Source: an uncultured Candidatus Saccharibacteria bacterium
Lineage (GTDB): Bacteria; Patescibacteriota; Andersenbacteria; UBA10190
Assembly (NCBI GenBank): GCA_964610055.1
Contig: CAZSUC010000001.1
Span: 505,692-569,691, forward strand
DNA: 64,000 nt
Reading direction: 5' to 3'
Shown here: positions 59,479-64,000 of the stretch, one piece after another
Position numbering within the stretch: position 1 is the stretch's first letter
Layout of the letters: every line of letters starts with the position of its first letter
The notes under the pieces: generated by a model
What the model was told of the DNA's origin: nothing
Seen by the model: only the letters and a program-made list of their open reading frames with translations
The model's database searches: none
Translations under genes and position numbers: made by a program

Positions 59479-59483
59479 TACCT

Positions 59484-60041
59484 ATGTCCCGCCTATTAAT
59501 TGTTTTCAGCTCACTATTTCTCGCTATCTTTTTAGTTGCCATACCCATCCTATTTCCTCGTGCTGTTACACCAGTTTCATCGCTTGAAAATATTCATGGC
59601 ATTCCGTTTCCACACAACAACTCTAATCTCTTAATTACCGAGCCACTTGCCCACACTGATATTAAACTTAATCAATCTACTTTCGGTCGCGATCTTCATC
59701 TTATCGTCACCTTTAATCCTGGTAATCTACAATCACTCATGGTCGGCATCCGTGAGAACAGTTTTTGGCTTAGTTATCCTCAGATACCTATCTGGGAAGC
59801 AAATCCTGGTGTCGCTTCTCCCGACACAGTTACTAGCGCTATTACTATTCCATTAACTGATAAATTAGCTGCTTCTGACCAGTCAGTTGATTTAATGTTT
59901 TTTGCCACACCAGCAATTAGCACAGACAACACTCTATGGACATTACAAGACATATCTTTAACTACTACTTACTCGTGGCCAACTCTTGACGCTTTTAAGG
60001 ATATAATAAAAAGCATTCTTTACCGTGAACGACTCTTATGA
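59484..60041 (+). CDS. Hypothetical protein with N-terminal TM
   Basis: Fills the operon gap; ATG 59484 follows the flippase stop. Confidence 0.6.
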   Translation: MSRLLIVFSSLFLAIFLVAIPILFPRAVTPVSSLENIHGIPFPHNNSNLLITEPLAHTDIKLNQSTFGRDLHLIVTFNPGNLQSLMVGIRENSFWLSYPQIPIWEANPGVASPDTVTSAITIPLTDKLAASDQSVDLMFFATPAISTDNTLWTLQDISLTTTYSWPTLDAFKDIIKSILYRERLL

Positions 60042-60223
60042 TTAACACTACTCATTCTCTTTCACATTTCGGTATTTCTTTTTTACTCGCCGGTTATTTT
60101 GCTATCTCTCTGAATCTAATGCAACCCGGTTTAATTACTAAGACACCAAGCTATATTTTTTTAAGCGTCGCAATCGTTCTCTTCTTATTATCTGTCGCTT
60201 TAAGGCCTGCTCACAATGACTGA
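60038..60223 (+). CDS. Small two-TM hypothetical protein
   Basis: 61 aa, overlaps both neighbours in operon fashion. Confidence 0.5.
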   Translation: MINTTHSLSHFGISFLLAGYFAISLNLMQPGLITKTPSYIFLSVAIVLFLLSVALRPAHND

Positions 60224-61784
60224 GTCTCATCAAACTATTTCCACTGCTAGTTTTATCGGATTTGCCGCTACTGGTGGTGCCATTGTTGGTTTTTTTCTCC
60301 AACTGATTGTCGCTCATTATTTCGGCGCTTCTTCTCAAACTGACGCTTACTTCATGGCTGTTTCTACATCTGAAATGCTGGGTAAATTACTCTTAGGCGG
60401 ATCGATTACTGCTGTTTTCTTACCTATGTTTGTCGAGCGTTTCACTCACAATCAACATGCCTCTGCTTGGAATCTTGCCGTTACTCTTATTAATTTAACC
60501 ACGGGCATTATGCTGGCTTTATTACTTCTCATCGCTCTCTTTGCTCGTCCATTTGTTAGTTTTATTGCGCCTGGATTTTCGCCTGAAACTGCTGCCTTGA
60601 CCATTAATCTTCTGCGCCTCATGTTGCCAGCATTTTTATTCCTGTTCTTGGTCGACCTTATTACCGCTATCTTACATTCGCTACGCGATTTCACTGTACC
60701 TGCTTTATTGCGCATTATCACACCTACTATTTCCATTGTTACAATCCTGCTTACAGTTCATCGTCTTGGCATTTATGCCCTTGCTCTCGGCACACTTTTA
60801 GGCTCAATTATTCAGCTCGCCCTGGTATGGTGGAAAGCTAGCCGTCATGGATTTAATTATCGTTTTACTTGTGATCCTCGCGGGTCTGGCCTCGGTCATT
60901 TGCTTTACTTGGTTTACCCTTTTATCTTTTCCATGCTTGCTACTCAAGCCGCTGGAATTACTTATCGCATTTTAGCCTCAGATCTCTCAACCGGCAGTCT
61001 CTCTGCTCTAAAATACGCTGAAAAAATTACTCAGCTTTTAACTATTATCTTTCTTAACTCTGTCACCACTGTCATCTATCCTCTCTTATCTACAAAAGCT
61101 GCTCAAAAAGATACATTCGGATTTACTCAAACAACCGGTTCTGCCTTACGACTGACTCTCTTAGTTGCTGCCCCCCTAGCCATCGGAGTAGCTTACTTAC
61201 GTCAACCTTTTATTAGTTTGATTTATGAACACGGATCGTTTTCCACTGACGCGGCCCTTATGACTAGCACTGCCCTTGGCCTATTAGTTATTGGCCTTGT
61301 CACCAACACTTTTAGCTCGATCTTCGGGCATGCCGTGCTTGCCATCCAAAAAACTCGTGCTGCTGTTTTAATTACTATTTTTTCTCAATTAACCGCCATC
61401 TTGTTATTTATTACTTTAGTTCCTCGCCTACAGTTTGCCGGTTTAGCGTTAGCTTCATCTTTAGTGCCGCTAAGCTCAGCTCTCTTGTATTACTTATATT
61501 TACATCGTCGCGTACCCGAACTTATTTCTATTTTTCATCATAGCGCTTACCTAAAAATTATTGTTTTATCCGGATTCCTTTGGTTAACTCTCGTCCTAAC
61601 TTCACGCATTACACCTTCCTTTTCTGATTCCCTAATTACACATAATATCTTAGCAATTCTAATTCCTACTATTATGGGTTGTATCGTATTTTTCGGCGGC
61701 GCTTATCTGTGGCATATTCCTGAAATACACGACATCCAACGCATTGTATCGCAAAAAGTCAGTAAATATTCTTCTCGTTTATGA
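60216..61784 (+). CDS. murJ: MurJ/MviN-family flippase
   Basis: AHYFGAS..TDAY, FLP, IAPGF, LKYA, IYEHGSF, GLALASS. Confidence 0.85.
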   Translation: MTESHQTISTASFIGFAATGGAIVGFFLQLIVAHYFGASSQTDAYFMAVSTSEMLGKLLLGGSITAVFLPMFVERFTHNQHASAWNLAVTLINLTTGIMLALLLLIALFARPFVSFIAPGFSPETAALTINLLRLMLPAFLFLFLVDLITAILHSLRDFTVPALLRIITPTISIVTILLTVHRLGIYALALGTLLGSIIQLALVWWKASRHGFNYRFTCDPRGSGLGHLLYLVYPFIFSMLATQAAGITYRILASDLSTGSLSALKYAEKITQLLTIIFLNSVTTVIYPLLSTKAAQKDTFGFTQTTGSALRLTLLVAAPLAIGVAYLRQPFISLIYEHGSFSTDAALMTSTALGLLVIGLVTNTFSSIFGHAVLAIQKTRAAVLITIFSQLTAILLFITLVPRLQFAGLALASSLVPLSSALLYYLYLHRRVPELISIFHHSAYLKIIVLSGFLWLTLVLTSRITPSFSDSLITHNILAILIPTIMGCIVFFGGAYLWHIPEIHDIQRIVSQKVSKYSSRL

Positions 61785-62893
61785 AATTTGCTGTTCTTGA
61801 ATATACTTCAAAATCAGGATTAGTTTGGCATCATACCGATAACAAACCAAATTATCTTTGTAATCCTGTCACAGAAATTGATCCGACTAGTTTCGGCTGT
61901 TACGTTTCAGCACTCAAAGGCGAGCACATTCCTTTAACTGGTCTTATTTTAGGTCCAGTCAACAATATTTCGCCTAGCGTAAAATTTTACCGCAAAGTCA
62001 TCAAACGAGCTTTTCGATTCTGGCCTGGATATTCTCTCAAATATCTGCAATCATTTGATGCTCTTTTAGTTGTTCACCAACTAAGCGAAACCAAAGAACT
62101 TAATCGTGCCCTCCAAAGGCTACGCCATCTACAACCTCACCCAGTTATTGTCGGAGTTCCTACCCAACCTTTTGGCATTTTAAATCATGCTTTTGCGACT
62201 ACTTTTGATGCTTTGCATGATTTTCGAAATTTCATGTCATATTGCGATGTTTTCGTTTCAATCGTTCAAAGCACTGTACCTTTTTATCAAGCTCACACTC
62301 AAACCCCAGTTGTTTACTTACCTCAACCATATCCAGCTGCTTTTGCTAGTCAATTTTTCCAACCCCTCTCTCAAAAAGACAAGACTATCCTAGTAGCCGG
62401 GGTTACACAACGCGACAATATTAAAAAAGGCCAACTTGTTGCCAAGGCCATCCAAGCCCTTTATCCCGAATATACTATTCTTATACCCAAAGTCGCGGAT
62501 CTAGATTATGACTTCTCCAATTTAACTGGTACTCGCTATCAAGTTTTACCTTTTGAAATGTGGCAAACTCACCTCCAAACCTTAGCCCACACTAGTTTAG
62601 TTATTAATACTGACTACACTGCTACTCGTGGTCGCGTTCAAGCTGATTGTGCCGCTGTTGGCACTATTAGCTTAGGGTCTAATTCTGACGCCCAAGCTGA
62701 TCTATTCCCTGATCAATTTTCTCACCCCGATGCTACTGTGAAACAATTATTAGCTTCCGCCCGTCAACTTTTAGACAATCCCAGCTATTACGCTAAAACT
62801 GCCAACTATGCTCGTTCTGGCTTAGCAAAATATGATTATCCCGCTTCAGCCGAACGTTTTCGCAATTTAATCACAGAATATCAAAATGACTGA
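61781..62893 (+). CDS. Hypothetical protein, probably a divergent GT-B glycosyltransferase
   Basis: KKG, TRGRVQADCAAVG (donor-site-like), C-terminal helix pattern; operon context. Confidence 0.45.
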   Translation: MKFAVLEYTSKSGLVWHHTDNKPNYLCNPVTEIDPTSFGCYVSALKGEHIPLTGLILGPVNNISPSVKFYRKVIKRAFRFWPGYSLKYLQSFDALLVVHQLSETKELNRALQRLRHLQPHPVIVGVPTQPFGILNHAFATTFDALHDFRNFMSYCDVFVSIVQSTVPFYQAHTQTPVVYLPQPYPAAFASQFFQPLSQKDKTILVAGVTQRDNIKKGQLVAKAIQALYPEYTILIPKVADLDYDFSNLTGTRYQVLPFEMWQTHLQTLAHTSLVINTDYTATRGRVQADCAAVGTISLGSNSDAQADLFPDQFSHPDATVKQLLASARQLLDNPSYYAKTANYARSGLAKYDYPASAERFRNLITEYQND

Positions 62894-63980
62894 TCTTTCC
62901 CGTCTCGGCCCTCGACCTCGCTTTTTAGTTAAGCATGTCGGCAACCTTGGCGACATGATCTTTTTTGTTCCACCAATTCTTACTACCCTCAAGCGTCTTT
63001 GGCCAGAGAGTCATGTCACTTTTGTTACGGCCTGGGGATTTAAAACAAGACATCGGCACTTTGGTTTTGGGCCTAAATTTGATTTTTGGGGACCTCGTAA
63101 TCAAAGTGGTTTTTGTTTACACGCCATTCAAACTAATCCATACATCGACCAGCTAGTTCATTATCACAGCACTCGCACTTCATTAACTGGTGATATCTGC
63201 ACTGAGGACGGTGTCTCTTATCCAACCTGGAGTCAGTCTTACTACGAAAAGCAAAAACAATCAGACAACTACGATGCTGTTTTTGAGCTCGACATTGGGC
63301 TTAGTCATACTGGCAATCCCTTAACAGAATTATATCGACATATTGGACTACCAAACGAAACATATTCAAAATATGAGATTTTTCTCACTGATCACGATAA
63401 AGAAATAGCTAGTATCGTCACTAAATCATGGCCTCATCCACGTATAGTTATTTTAGAATCAATCGAGAGCAGCACTACGCGCGGCTGGGACCCTAAAAAA
63501 ATTCCTATTCTCGAACAAGCCATAACTTCCACTTATAGCGTCCCTCCCATTTGGTTTGGAGCTAAATACACTCCCAATTATCACAATCAGCCTTTAACCT
63601 TAAGACAAAATATTGCCACTTTAACTTTTGCCGATATCGCCATCGGAGTCCTTTCCGGTCCCTTACACATGGCAGCAGCGGTCAATACCCCAACTATTAC
63701 TCTATATGCTGACTCCACTATTGAACGTGCTGCTCCTGCTTATTTTTTGAATAAATACATTGATGATCCTAATCGTCGTCACCACACAATTATAGCTCCG
63801 GACACGCTTCCATATCACATTTTAAAAAGCACTACTCCACCAGCTAGCCTAACTCCTGTCGAATTAAAATTTCAAAAATATCGTAGCTGGCAAAATCCTG
63901 GTCAACAATCCACAAAATCTTCGTTAGCTGCTATCACTGTCGACGAGGTCATGGAGACATTGCGTTTTGCTCTTCCTTAG
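62886..63980 (+). CDS. GT9 (heptosyltransferase-like) glycosyltransferase
   Basis: NLGDMIF..P...LK..WP, NPYID, SGPLHMAAAVNTPTITLY, ITVDEV. Confidence 0.82.
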   Translation: MTDLSRLGPRPRFLVKHVGNLGDMIFFVPPILTTLKRLWPESHVTFVTAWGFKTRHRHFGFGPKFDFWGPRNQSGFCLHAIQTNPYIDQLVHYHSTRTSLTGDICTEDGVSYPTWSQSYYEKQKQSDNYDAVFELDIGLSHTGNPLTELYRHIGLPNETYSKYEIFLTDHDKEIASIVTKSWPHPRIVILESIESSTTRGWDPKKIPILEQAITSTYSVPPIWFGAKYTPNYHNQPLTLRQNIATLTFADIAIGVLSGPLHMAAAVNTPTITLYADSTIERAAPAYFLNKYIDDPNRRHHTIIAPDTLPYHILKSTTPPASLTPVELKFQKYRSWQNPGQQSTKSSLAAITVDEVMETLRFALP

Positions 63981-64000
63981 TCTTATTTACACCTCTCCTT

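Noticed and set aside
914-63156. Numerous short antisense or nested ORFs in the track (for example 4291-4731, 11752-12384, 45015-45878)
   Set aside because: They lie fully within well-supported genes and have no family motifs; shadow ORFs
1-64000. Alternative genetic code 25 (TGA=Gly) as in some CPR lineages
   Set aside because: Conserved genes (secF, secD, rpoA, mraY, mreB) end at TGA at expected lengths and long ORFs are intact under code 11
1-64000. CRISPR array, IS element, rRNA or standard uninterrupted tRNA
   Set aside because: Intergenic gaps are short and were read; no periodic repeats, transposase motifs or additional cloverleafs were found by eye

Overview
Housekeeping and cell-envelope region of a reduced-genome bacterium with the gene inventory of Patescibacteria/CPR (Parcubacteria-like; inferred, standard code 11). 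Bases 1-35 kb hold mostly minus-strand core genes: proS, rseP, frr, holB, secF/secD/secA, hpf, mreB, murA, the infA-rpmJ-rpsM-rpsK-rpsD-rpoA-rplQ-rplM-rpsI operon, alaS, a LOG protein, a VirB4/TraG-like ATPase with partner, and a scpAB-dcw cluster. Bases 34-64 kb are a large glycosylation/envelope locus with many GT2/GT4 enzymes, a GT9, three flippases, an O-antigen ligase-like protein, two GT-C-like proteins, murF-DegT-FemAB and a SpoIID-like protein. No mobile element, CRISPR array or rRNA was seen. The most unusual signals are non-coding: (1) a tRNA-shaped RNA at 21111-21297 whose anticodon loop is replaced by a 123-nt multi-hairpin insert, with candidate promoter and terminator; (2) a ~190-nt fully foldable RNA between secD and secA with candidate promoter and terminator; (3) a structured leader ahead of the infA/alpha operon; (4) a recurrent -10 box exactly 6 nt before ATG, suggesting leaderless mRNAs. 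All folds were derived by eye and no database searches were run.
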